DNA of 64,000 bases, taken from assembly GCF_036321535.1 (NCBI RefSeq), contig NC_087438.1, positions 11,596,001 to 11,660,000 of the forward strand, written 5' to 3'. The notes under the pieces are model-generated. The model searched no databases. It was not told the DNA's origin and saw only the letters and a program-made list of their open reading frames with translations. Of the stretch, positions 1 through 11,157 are shown piece by piece. This DNA is from Camelus dromedarius. Taxonomy: Eukaryota. Each line of letters starts with the position of its first letter. Positions within the stretch are counted from its first letter, which is position 1. Made by a program: the position numbers and the translations under genes.

Positions 1-205
1 ATATGGGTGGCCTCTGGAAGCTAGAAAACACAAGGAAAGTAATTGTTCCCTAGAGCCTCCAGAAGGAAACAGCTCTGTTGATTTTAGCCCCTTAAGATCC
101 ATTTTGGACTTGTAACCTCCAGAAATGTACAATGATAGAGGTGTGTTGCTTTAAGCCATTTGTGGTATGTAGCAATTTGTTACAGCAGCAACAGGAAACT
201 AATAC
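1..205 (+). mobile_element. MaLR (MLT1-type) LTR, 3' part
   Basis: Typical ending ttggacttgtaacctccagaa...ttgttacagcagcaacaggaaactaataca. Confidence 0.8.
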
Positions 206-381
206 AAACTTTATCATTCATTTGTTTCATGGTCATATGTCTCAACATCCTCCTTCTCATGAATGATTCAATCTCCTAGGGAGGAACCCGGTTGAAAGGT
301 TTCTAATAGCTAACACTGAGACATGAACTGACATAGCTTCTGGTCCTTCCTCCAGGCCACATCCCTCTGCTGTCCCTTCCT

Positions 382-384
382 ACA

Positions 385-417
<33 letters not shown>
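382..417. repeat. (CA)n microsatellite
   Basis: Direct reading of the sequence. Confidence 0.95.
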
Positions 418-419
<2 letters not shown>

Positions 420-1375
420 CTCTCTTCACTAGGGTCTAGGTGGTAGAGCATCTCCAGATGCATCTGGGACACTGGAAGGAGTTTTTCCCTCATGGTTCTG
501 TTAAACCTCAGGATATGAGGGCTGTTCAAACTTGGCCACAAGCCAGCTAAAAGTGAGATTGTGGAAATGCAACTTGGGTTAATGAGATTTATTTGAAGCA
601 TGGTCTCAGTAAGCTGCGCTGCCAAATCCAAACTTCTGACTCATATGCATTATGAATTTGAAAGAATATTTAGGAGAAAAGTATTTAAACAATGTCTCCC
701 ACATGTATACAGTGTCCATTCAGCTGACAGTATGAGAAGTTACTCCTCGCTGAAGAACTCTCTGATGAACTCCTTCTGCATCAAGTGCTTCTTTCTAAGC
801 TGACATTGGACCACACAGCCTGGCTTTTTCTACCCCCTCATTCACTCTTCCTCCAGATAAGAACTCCATGTAATTAAAGAACTAATTGTATTCGACTCTA
901 TCACCAACATGCTACAAAGGGCATCTAAACATTAATTGCATAGGCATTTTTTGCAACCCAGAGAAGCATCTCTAGGAAGCTGATATAATGAAAAATTGAT
1001 CATTCAATAGCTGTTAGACCAAATCTAGATATGCAGTGATAACATTAATCATAGCTCAGTACATCAAATCAGGAGCTTGTAAACAACATGACATGATGCT
1101 CCCAGAACACTAATGCTTTCTTCTTTTCAGGAGATTTAGCTCCAAGCATGAATGCCCTTAGGATATCTGTGGGACTTTCCCAAAGATCTCCGCTGGCAGA
1201 ACAATTGTTGGAAAGATGATCTGTTCAGGGAAGATAAAATGTTTTTTTCTAAGCTTAATATGAATTACATTCCTTTATTATTTTTTTCTGAACTGGTGAC
1301 AGTCAGAAAGAGGTCTCTTGTTTCAAAAAAAGAAGTAAATCATGGATTCTGATACTGGTGATACTGGTGAAAAAT

Positions 1376-1480
1376 GAGAGAAAGAAGAGGGAGGAAAAGG
1401 AAGAGGAGGAGGAAGAGGAGAAGAAGAAGGAGGAGGAGGAGGGGAGGGGGAGGGGAGGAAAAGGAGATGGAGAAGGGAAA
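1376..1480. repeat. Polypurine (GAG/GAA/GGGGA) low-complexity tract
   Basis: About 100 bp of almost pure purines on the + strand. Confidence 0.9.
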
Positions 1481-1864
1481 CTGGCATGTATTAGCGTTAA
1501 GGAGAACTTAGAGATTATTTAATCTGACCAGGAGATGCACTGCAGTCTCCTAGCAGGTCAAGGGTCCTGCTTTATTATATTTTTAATTGTCACATGATTC
1601 TTGAATGCAAAGGCTGTCCAGTTAATGACGTATACAGTGGTGAGCAGGACCTCCTCTGCACAATTTAACCCACTTTGCACTTAAACCCAGGTGTGGTGCT
1701 CACCTGGATGACCTGTAAATTCAGTGTCTGATGACAACTGCCCCCTCAGTATTCCAGGCAGTCCTTCCCTTCCTCAGTCCCCTCTTTTACCCATTCTTTA
1801 TCAGTTTTCTTATAATACTAACAATATCTTCTGATTCCAGCATCTCCCTTCTGATTCTCAGCGA

Positions 1865-3200
1865 ATTCATTTATCTATTTTTTTAAAAAAGTGTTTGTTG
1901 AATGCCCACTCGGTGCCAGCCATTCTTCTAGGCTGGGAAGTAGCAGTGAACCAGCGTGGTCGCCGCTCTCATGGAGCTCATGTTGTATGGAGAGAAAGTC
2001 TACTGAGCAAATCGGCAGGTACTGGGTGGCTGCTAAAGGTTTTACAAGGAAAATAAAACAGAGTGAGGGAGCAGGGAATGGGAGGAGGGGGCCATTTTGG
2101 AGTGGACTGGAAGGACTTCATGGCAAGAAGAAAGTGAGGTGGTGCTGTGAGCACACGAGGGCAAGAGTGTTCTAGGCAAAGGAGAAGCCAGTGCAAAAGT
2201 TCTGCAGCAGTAATGTGCTTTCTAGGTTTGAAAATCAGCAAGAGTCAGACTGAGTGAGTGGGAAGAGGAGTAGGAGCTGACGTCAGAGGGGCAGCCAGAG
2301 GGAGATCACGTGGGACCTTGAGAATGAGAACACTGACTTCATGCTCAGCAGGAAGGGGCCTCCTTAGGCGTTTGAGTCAAGGAGTGATGTGATCTGATTT
2401 ACATTCTGCAATGATGACTGCTGCTGTGTTGTGCTAGGACGGATGGGGAACAAGAAGACTGCACTAGATTCCTGCGGCTGCCATAGCAAAGCACCCTGAA
2501 CTGGGTGGCTTCAAACAACAGAAATTTATTCTCTCACAGTTCTGGAGGCCAGAAGTCCAAAATCAAGCTGTTTGCAGAGCCATGTTCTCTCTCTGAAGGT
2601 TCCAGGGGCTCATCCTTCTTCGCCCCTTCCTGGCTTCGGGTGGCTGCTGACTATCCCTGGTTTGCAGCTGCACCACTCCAGTCTCTGCCTCCATCAACCC
2701 GTGACATTTTTCCTTGTGTGTCTGTATGTCTGTGCGTCTTCACGTGGCCTTCTTACAAGGACACTGCTGTTGGGTTTAGAGATCCAGTATGATCTCATCC
2801 TAACTAGTTATATATGTAAAACCCTACTTCCAAATAAGGTCACGTTCTTAGGTTTCATGTGGATATGAACATGGAAGGGGAGGACAAAACTTAACCCAGC
2901 AAACTGGGTAAGGGAGCTACTCCAGTAGGGCCCTGTGAGAGATACAGTGGTGACCAGGGTGGGAGGTAATGATCAGTGATTAGACTCGGGGAAAATGTTA
3001 AAGGGTGAACCCGCAGACTTCACTAATGGAGTTAATGTGGGATACAAGGGAATGAAAGAATTTAGGGATGACACCAAGATTTTTGGCCTGAGCAACTAAC
3101 TACCAGGATGCAACTTCCATTTGTGGTGATGGCAGGGGAGCAGGTTTTGGAGGAGAGATAATCAGTTCTGGTTTGGATAGATTTTGAGATGCCTTGTTTC
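1865..3200 (-). mobile_element. Degraded L2 LINE 3' region, interrupted by a MaLR LTR
   Basis: Begins attcatt...ttgaatgcccact...gtgccag...ttctaggctggga (reverse complement of the L2 3' end), with later L2-type motifs ggagtgatgtgatctgatttacatt and ggatgacaccaagatttttggcctgagcaact. Confidence 0.7.
2460..2901 (-). mobile_element. MaLR (MLT1-type) solo LTR
   Basis: ggctgccatagcaaa...aaacaacagaaatttattctctcacagttctggaggccagaagtccaaaatcaag...ccaaataaggtcac. Confidence 0.85.
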
Positions 3201-3956
3201 CTATTTCAAACAGAAAACAGGATCCACTAGGCAGAGGCCCCTGTATTTCCTTCCCCCAAAGCTACAGACTCACCTGCACCTCTCCCCTCTCTTTCCTCCT
3301 TCCCCTCTGGTTGAAGTTGAAGTTCAGACTCTGCTCCTAGGCTCCAGATCCCATCCTCTCTGCCCTCCTCATGTTTCAGCACCCAAGTCCTGACAGCTTC
3401 TCAGTCGATGCCTTCTCCAGCTGCCCCAGGGACACCTGACTGCTCCTGTGGACCACCACCTCCCTTCACTCACCTGTAACCTGACGTGTACAATGCGATG
3501 GCACACCCCTACTCTGAGTCTCCCTGCGAACCTGGGTCTTTCCATGGTCTCTGTGGATGGTGTCTGGCACACAGAGGGTGCTTCGTCAATGTTTGTGCTG
3601 CATGTAGATTAGTGGTTGAAAAGAGACAGACTGGATACAGGTGCAGGTTTTTATATATTGGAAAAGATTTTTAAACAAAGTATTTCCAACGTATTCTTTT
3701 ACCATGAATGGCTTTGAAATTTAAGACAGCCTGAGTTTGAATTTCAGTATTCACAATTGAAAGTTAATTTTTTGTATCATAACTCATTGCATACTAGGAT
3801 TTTAATGATTTTTTAAGCAGTGAATTCAGTTCTCTAAATGCACTCCCTCCACTTTCTACCCAGAGTGTTTGAGTTTCTATGAAATCATTTTGTGGACTGT
3901 ATATTTTGTTGAGTGGAAATCCTGCCAAATCCTTATCTCAGCATCGATTTGGGTCA

Positions 3957-4028
3957 TGTATGTGTATGTGTGTGTGTGTGTGAGTGTGAGAGTGTGTATG
4001 AGTGTGAGAGTGTGTGTGTGTCTGTGTT
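3957..4028. repeat. Imperfect (TG)n/(TGAG) microsatellite
   Basis: Direct reading of the sequence. Confidence 0.9.
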
Positions 4029-5451
4029 GGGAGTTGGGGACTGTGAAGACAGTGAGGGGAGATAATGGGTGTAGACAAAAGGGAACCCAAAGGGCAAGGC
4101 ACTGGGAAAGAGGGGTGGCTAGGACTGCATCTTTCTTTCAGGTGGACAGACCCACTGTGCACTCTTGTCTCCACCTCATGCTCCCCACTCACGTGTCCCA
4201 GAGAGAGGGTTTCTCATCTGCTGCTCCTCCTGATTTTTGAATGAGTTGGTATGAACACAAAGGTGTATACTGTTTAGAAGTGCAGGCTGGCTAAATATCA
4301 GAGCAGTGCTAGTCTAATCTGTGTCTCAAGTCCCTTTATCCAGTATTTTTTAACACAATGCTCCAAACAACAGTACCCACAATTATTCTCCATTAAACGT
4401 GATGTTGTTGATGCCTCTTCTTTAGTGGTTAAAGCATCCAGGACAAATACCAACACCTGCAGAGCACAAATAATGGATTGTTGCTTTGGCAGTGGATTTG
4501 CATCCCTGGTTTCTCTATTGAATAATCTGCCTTCGGGTCCCAGGTGGCAAGACTGAGAGCAGGGACCAGACTGATGGGACGATCTCCACCTCCCAGTGCC
4601 TCACCCAGGACGGTGCTCACGTAATGTCAGATTCAAACAAACAACACTCTCACTTCTAAGATCTGCCCCGAAATAGTGGTTGAATTTTCCTTCTTTCATG
4701 ACTTCCTGATTTTTCCATCACATTTCTACGAATTGTCACATCCTTAACTCACCTGTGACACAGGTTTTTTAATTGAGAACATATAATTTCAATATTGGTA
4801 GAATTTGCTATGTAAGAATCACAATGCTGCCTATACACATTATTCTATTATTTATCATTCAAAGGTTATTTTTAGAAAATAGAATGTAAACCATTTTATT
4901 TCATATGCTTTAACATCTAATCATCAATTACTTCAAACAACCTACATGTTCAGCCCACCTTTCTAAGGAAAGCATAACCACCACCTCCTCATCTATTCTG
5001 CCCTTGCCGACTAACATGTTCCATTTACCTCCATCAGGAGGATTAAAAAGTGGAAAATCCCCAGGTATCACTACTTAGCAGCCTGTTCCTGGGGAGTCAA
5101 TAGCCTCATTTTTCCTTTCCTCTTTTCATTTGAAAAATACTTATCTAGTAAAAGAGAAACACTTCTTGCTGCTGGAGAATGTATTTCCAAGGACTTCATT
5201 AAACCAAGTAATAGAATCAGTGTTTAAATGATCAAGTAGGAATATAAGCTTTTACAAAAAGAAAAGCTAATACGATGGTACTCATAGAGATCAATGCACT
5301 AATAATTAACCAAAATAATTGTGATATGTCTATGAGAGGGCTGTGCACGGGTGAGGCAGTGTTATTACACATGAAATGATGCAACATTTTGGTGAGCTTT
5401 TAGGGTTATAAGTATGCAGGACACCCTGCCTATGTGATATGTCCTGGAGTA

Positions 5452-5899
5452 CAGGCACACCTCACTTTATTGTACTTTATTGTACTTCACAGACATTGTG
5501 TTTTTTCACAAATTGAAGGTCTAGGTCAACCCAGTGCAGAGCAAGTCTGTCGGCACCATTTCTCCAACGGCGTTTGCCCACTTTGTGTCTGTGTCACGTT
5601 TTGGTCATTCTTGCGACATTTCAGATGTTTTCATTATTATCCTTGTTATGATGATCTGTGATCAGTGATCTTTTCTGTTATTATTATAACTTGAAGGTGT
5701 AGTTGATGTTTAGCTTTTTTTAGATTTTTTAAATAAACTTAAGTACATTGTGTTTTTGGAAGTAATGCTATTGCACACTTAATGGACTGCAGAAGAGTGT
5801 AAACATAACTTTCATAGGCTCTGGAAAACCAAAAAATTCTGGTGACTCGCTTTATTGTGGGTCTGGAGCTGAACCCACAATATCTTCAAAGTATGCCTG
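5452..5899 (+). mobile_element. Tigger1-derived non-autonomous DNA transposon (TcMar-Tigger)
   Basis: Terminal inverted repeats CAGGCACACCT...AAGTATGCCTG flanked by TA duplications (5450-5451, 5900-5901). Internal Tigger1-type motifs caaattgaaggt and aaaccaaaaaatt...gactcgctttattg. Confidence 0.88.
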
Positions 5900-6149
5900 T
5901 AAAACTATTTTATACCAATCATCTTTCTGTAAGCTCTCTGTATTGTTTTAGAAGTTAGAAAACAAGCTATAATTCCTAGAACTAGCATTCCTGGTGACAG
6001 GTTATTTCACCCCACAAAAAAAGTCATGCTCAAGTTTGCTGACCAGCATGAGGTATGACGAGGACCAGTGCAGAGCCTCACAGAAACGTCTTTGTGCTTC
6101 GCACTTGAGAGGCACTTTGGAACTTGCCTACAGCATCCTAAAACTCTTC

Positions 6150-6520
6150 CCCATTTGTAGCATGCTTGAAAAATTACACATGGAGCAAAAAGTTTGATAA
6201 AAATATATTTAAAACAAGCCAGAAAAAATAGTTTTGACCTTAAGGATAACTTTCATCATTCTTTTAACCAAGTAGAGTTAAATAATATGTATAATGATTT
6301 CAAGTACCAACTTATAAAAGATGTGATAAATCAGAAAGCAAAGAACAGGAGGACTCTATTTTTTCAGAAAAATGTATTTGCAATTCAAATGTTCATATAA
6401 AAAGCATAAATTTTAAAAAGTTCATAGATGTGTGTTTTTAGAAGTGCTATGGTTTTGCCATTCATTGCAATTACATTCCAAAATGTGCAGGGGGGTCCAC
6501 ACCGCACCTTCTTAACTTTG
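6150..6520 (-). other. MARCHF11: Probable MARCHF11 3' UTR (distal end uncertain)
   Basis: AU-rich unique sequence immediately downstream of the stop codon. No canonical AATAAA seen on the minus strand here, only variants such as AATATA at 6209-6204. Confidence 0.55.
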
Positions 6521-6843
6521 TCACACTGAAGTCACTCTCATCACAACCTCCCCCGAGCTGTTATCTTCTGACATATCTTCATGGGGCCTCATCCGATTGA
6601 ACAGATGTAATAACACATAGCCACACTGAAACCTTGGGGAGGTTAATTGTGTGGGGTGGACCAAGTTCCTGTTCCGTAGAGCCGTCAGTGGCAACCATAA
6701 AGTCCTGCTTGTGGAAGACTCTCCGCGGCTGCTTTCTTCGATGTCTGTGGCTTTGTCGTAATTTAATACATCCCAGTGTAAGTTAACAGCTCGCCAACGC
6801 TTAAACACTCTGTAAACTGCAGCTCCTTCATGGACAATGAGAC
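6521..6843 (-). CDS. MARCHF11: MARCHF11 last coding exon (cytoplasmic C-terminal tail)
   Basis: Polypyrimidine tract and acceptor (minus strand ...cttttctccttgaattttAG|GTCTCATT). Translates as (G)[38 protein letters not shown]...[34 protein letters not shown], with TGA at 6523-6521. Contains the YxxL motif (YVLL) and C-terminal PDZ-binding VTSV of the MARCH4/9/11 subgroup. Phase 1 matches the upstream exon. Confidence 0.95.
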
Positions 6844-7394
6844 CTAAAATTCAAGGAGAAAAGAAAAATGTCTGGTCATACTCGTAAGTTGGGTATGTTA
6901 TTTTGCATACAAGAGATTAAAGAAATGGTCAGTTCTCAGTTACTCATCATGATCTAAAGCATGGAATTCTGACTTCTCAAATAGTATGCCTAATGGAAAG
7001 CTATTACTCATATTGCACAGGAGTAGTCAATATTCAGAAATGAGAATGCCCTACCAGGCAGACAGTCAAGCCATCGTGAGCATAATTTACTTGCTCACTA
7101 TGGCTCGGAACATACTTTGGGCATTTAAGATGCCCTGCGTTTTTCACACATATTTCAGCGTGAAGTCCAAAAGCTTTTGAATTTGTGATCCATCCCAAAA
7201 AGGAGTCCCTGGCGGGGAGGTCCCTTCAGATAGAAAAGTGAGTAGGTGCTTCTCTTTCAAAGGAATTGAAATTCCATTGAAAGCTGATGGAAAGGCCAAT
7301 GAAGTTTTTCTTAAGATGGAACGTGGCACGTATGCAGGGCGTGTCAGTTGGTAACAACCGCTTTTTAACCAAAGATTGACAATGAGAAGGTCCT

Positions 7395-7935
7395 ACGTTC
7401 ATCTACCTTGGGTGTATGTCCTAGAGAAACACTTATAAATAAATAGAAAAAAGGATGTATGTCAAAAAATGTTTATTACATATTTGTTTGTATTTGAGAA
7501 AAAAGATTGCAAACAGTCTCAATGTCCATCCTGAGAAGAATGGAAAAATTGTAGTGTTTGGACCCAAAGAACAAAAGCAATAAAAAAGAAGGGAACAAAC
7601 TCTCATGCACTAATGTGGATAAATCTTAAAATAACAGTGGAAATCTTAAAGCCATATAAAAAAATGAAAATTTCAGAAATATAAATAATTGGAGTGAAGA
7701 AATACTATACATTTTTAGGGATACAGTCTATATATGGTAAAAATGTAAAAATGCGCATGAGAAGAATAATCATTAAATTCGTGATAGTGGGGAAGGAAAA
7801 AGATGAAAAAGAGGCTTCAAAGAGGACTTTTGAGTGTATCTCTAATGTCACATTTTTTTTTTCATCTGGGTAGTGAATGAATGTTTAACATGCTATCCTG
7901 TATACTTTTGGTGCACCGGAATAATTCATAATTTC
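7395..7935 (+). mobile_element. Old L1 (L1ME/MC-like) 3' fragment
   Basis: A-rich sequence with gggtgtatgtcctagagaaacact, aaatgtttatt, caatgtccatc and ggataaatcttaaa motifs of ancient L1 3' ends. Confidence 0.6.
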
Positions 7936-10120
7936 AAAAGTCACAGAGAATTTATCAGGAAAATTGACCTAAGATGTGTTGAGGAATAGACAACAGAAGT
8001 AGGGGAGACAAATACGGAGGTTATGACATTGTAGTTGAGGAGCAGAGGGGCAGCAGGAAACAGAATACAGAGAAACAAACTAACCAACCTGTCAGAGGAA
8101 AAACTAACAGAAATTGTAATGCAAGAAGGGGAAGAAAATCAGTCTCACATTTTTAAGGCTGGAGGAATGGGTGATTGAAAGAATGGTCGTAATCTTTCCA
8201 TAGGTACAAGTAAGGGTTTTGAACATGTTTTTGTTGGGGAGATTATTTCTTTTTTTGTCGGCTAAACTAATGCCAGGTAAGCAATGGAGATATCCAGCCT
8301 TTGAAAAATCACACCTACCTAATAGAATTCAAGTTTTACATCGTTCCCTTACCAGGAGGTAAACTTCTGACACACGTGACTTAAGAGCATTCCAAAGATA
8401 TTAACATAGGCCACTAAAAATGCATGTGGTCTAATAAATAAAAATGTCTTAAACCTAGTTACGTACATCCCCAAAATTTTTAAAAGAAATGTAAACTTCT
8501 ATTAGTCATTGCAATTCAAATAATTGTTTGATTCCTTTTTCCTAAGGAATAATCAGAGTTGATCCAACTGACCAGATGTTTTTGGAAAACAGCCAGAATT
8601 ATAAGTCAAGACTACCAGATTTCAACTGATAATTCTAATTTTAGCTTTCTGAAGTCTCCATGGACAATGATTTAGCATTTCTGGGTTTTTTTTTTTCCTC
8701 CTTAAAATGCAACTGGAATTCCTAATCTATACATTCAGCACAATGGTATGACGATAAATTGGAATTCATCAACTATAAAGCACTCTGATTTCCTTGGAGA
8801 TGATAACTAATGTAAATATAAGACATTATTATTAATTAAAAAATCAATAGTGAATCTGTGTGGTGAGGAACATTCATTCACACTAATCACAAAGCCATTA
8901 TAGTCTGTGTCAGGTTCATTCTGGATAAGTGCAGTGATGGGGGCCTGGCTTCACCAGGGGAAACCACTCGTTTCACAGAATCCTATTCTTTTTTTTTTTT
9001 TTTTTATTGATTTCCTTTGAAAGGCCAGCAATCAGATCATTCACTTGAGCTCAAAGTCATTTTCTGGGAACATATTCCTGGTAGCACTTTTCTAAATACA
9101 TAAATCTACCCAACCTGCAGAAATAAATCCCATAGGTCTTCATAGTACATTTTGAACCTATTTTAAAGAAAGACAACTACTTGAAGTTTTCATGAAGACG
9201 TAGACGTCCTGAATTTCCAGCTCCATGTGCTGCTTCTGAATTGTATTCAAGTTATGAAGGATGTTTAGGTTTTGCCTTATTCCCTGTGAATGTTTAGAAT
9301 TACTTCTCACCATTTAGAGGCTTAAATTTTACTGAAATATGAGGAACCCCATCCCACCACCAAAGTTATCTTCTGTAATGTATACTTTTCCCCTTTCTCC
9401 TTTAGATTTTCTAGCAAAAGTCATCTGTACTAGTGGTTATGAGAAGTCTTGACTACTGTGATCATTGAAATCCAGAGGTAACAATTCGTTTAACTCTAGT
9501 TCCTGTGTGGAGAATCCAGCTATTGAACATCCTGCAGCTCTCCTTTCTTACTGATGATCAGTCCCCTCCGGTTTCATAACTGACCAGTTCGCTTCGTCCA
9601 GTAGCCTTCACTCTAATACCTCAAGTCAAGCCTTAAAATGAATTTGTCACCTTGACATTTCAGGTCACATGAAAACAGGCTTAGATTTACTTCTTCATCT
9701 GAGCCACTAACCCTGAAGGGGAAAGCAATGATAATTACTATAAAATGTAAATATTAAATATTTTATGACACTTGTTACATTATTAACGGCAAAGATGCCA
9801 ACAAGGTGTGATTCATGGGAATCTGGCATTTTGCAGCTTGAGAATGTGTATGTGTCTGTGTATGTCTGGTTGGTTGCTTCTAATCATTTTCTTGTCAGAA
9901 ACATTTAACTGGAGCATCCGTTACTGATGTGCAAAGGAACATTTTTGTTAGGGAATAATCTTTAACAAAAGAGCAGGTTTAAATAGTTTCTGGTTTCACT
10001 GAAATAAAAGCACACTGTTTATATAAGTATATCCTAAATTTGGAAGTGGTGTGTTAGTTGAAATTCTTGGTAGTAGGAACTGAGCTGGTTACCCAAGAAA
10101 TAATGGGAAGATTATCAAGG

Positions 10121-10230
10121 TACATGCGTTCACATGTGTGCATGTATCTGTGTGTGTGTGCAAACACATACATGCGTTCACATTTGTGCATGTATCTGTG
10201 TGTGTGTGCACACACAGATACATGCACACA
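10121..10230. repeat. 48-bp tandem duplication plus inverted repeat
   Basis: tacatgcgttcacat(g/t)tgtgcatgtatctgtgtgtgtgtgca at 10121 and 10169, followed by an inverted partial copy at 10209-10230. Confidence 0.9.
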
Positions 10231-10424
10231 CCGTTTGTCTATGTTTATTTCAATACAGACAAATGATATATTATAATTAACCGAGGCTTGAAAAATATAT
10301 GGTCAAATATAAACAAATTTTGATAGTAACTACCAAACCACCAGTCTAATCATTTCATTTCTTGTGTTGCCAATCTTGGTTCTTGTTTGAATAGATCTGG
10401 CTATTTTTCATAATTTAAAAAGTA

Positions 10425-10660
10425 ATATTTTTATCAGGGATTTGTTCTGTGCCAAGCACTGTGCTGGGTACTTCACACATGCACGACTCTCATTTAATCT
10501 TGACTGCAACCCTGTACACAGATACTAGTATTGAATAGTCTCACAGTTAAGGAAATTGAGACCTAGAGAGATTTAGCAAATCGTCCAACATTGTGAAGAT
10601 ATCAGCTCTGAGACTGAAGCCCAAAACTTGTCTATTTTGAGAGCTGCAATCCTACTCATG
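10425..10660 (-). mobile_element. MIR SINE
   Basis: tgtgccaagcactgtgct...tctcatttaatctt...caaccctgt...aggaaattgagacctagagag. Confidence 0.75.
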
Positions 10661-10720
10661 CTAAATTTCCAACTTACAGCATTCTCTCCTAGACATAGAA
10701 TGACCAACTGAGAGACATCT

Positions 10721-10912
10721 TGCTATGGATTGAATGTATGTATCTCCCCAAAATTCGTATGTTGAAGCCTTAATCCCCAGCATGATGGTATTTGGAAGTA
10801 GGATCGTTGGGAGGTCATTGGAACTATATAAAGTCAGGAGGGTGTTTAACGTCCTTATAAAAAGAGGAAGAGACACAAGTTTTCCGTGTGTGTGCGTGTG
10901 TGTCTGCGTGTA

Positions 10913-10963
<51 letters not shown>

Positions 10964-11157
10964 ACCAAGGAAAGATCACATGAGGACATAGCAAGAAGAC
11001 GGCTGTCTGCAAACCAGGAAGAGAGCCCTCATCAGACTTAATACGCCAGCACCTTGACTTTGGATTACCCACTGCCTTCACTTTAAGAAATAAATGTTTA
11101 TTGTTTAAGTGACCCAGGCTGTGGTGCTTCATTACAGCAGCTCAAACAGAACAAGAT
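10721..11157 (+). mobile_element. MaLR (MLT1A/B-type) solo LTR with an internal (TG)n expansion
   Basis: tgctatggattgaatgt...ccccaaaattcgtatgttgaagcc...aataaatgtttattgtttaag...ttacagcagc. (TG)n at about 10886-10960. Confidence 0.85.

Noticed and set aside
10121..10230. CRISPR-like or other prokaryotic repeat array
   Set aside because: Only two units, no unique spacers, no cas genes, and the context is clearly mammalian.
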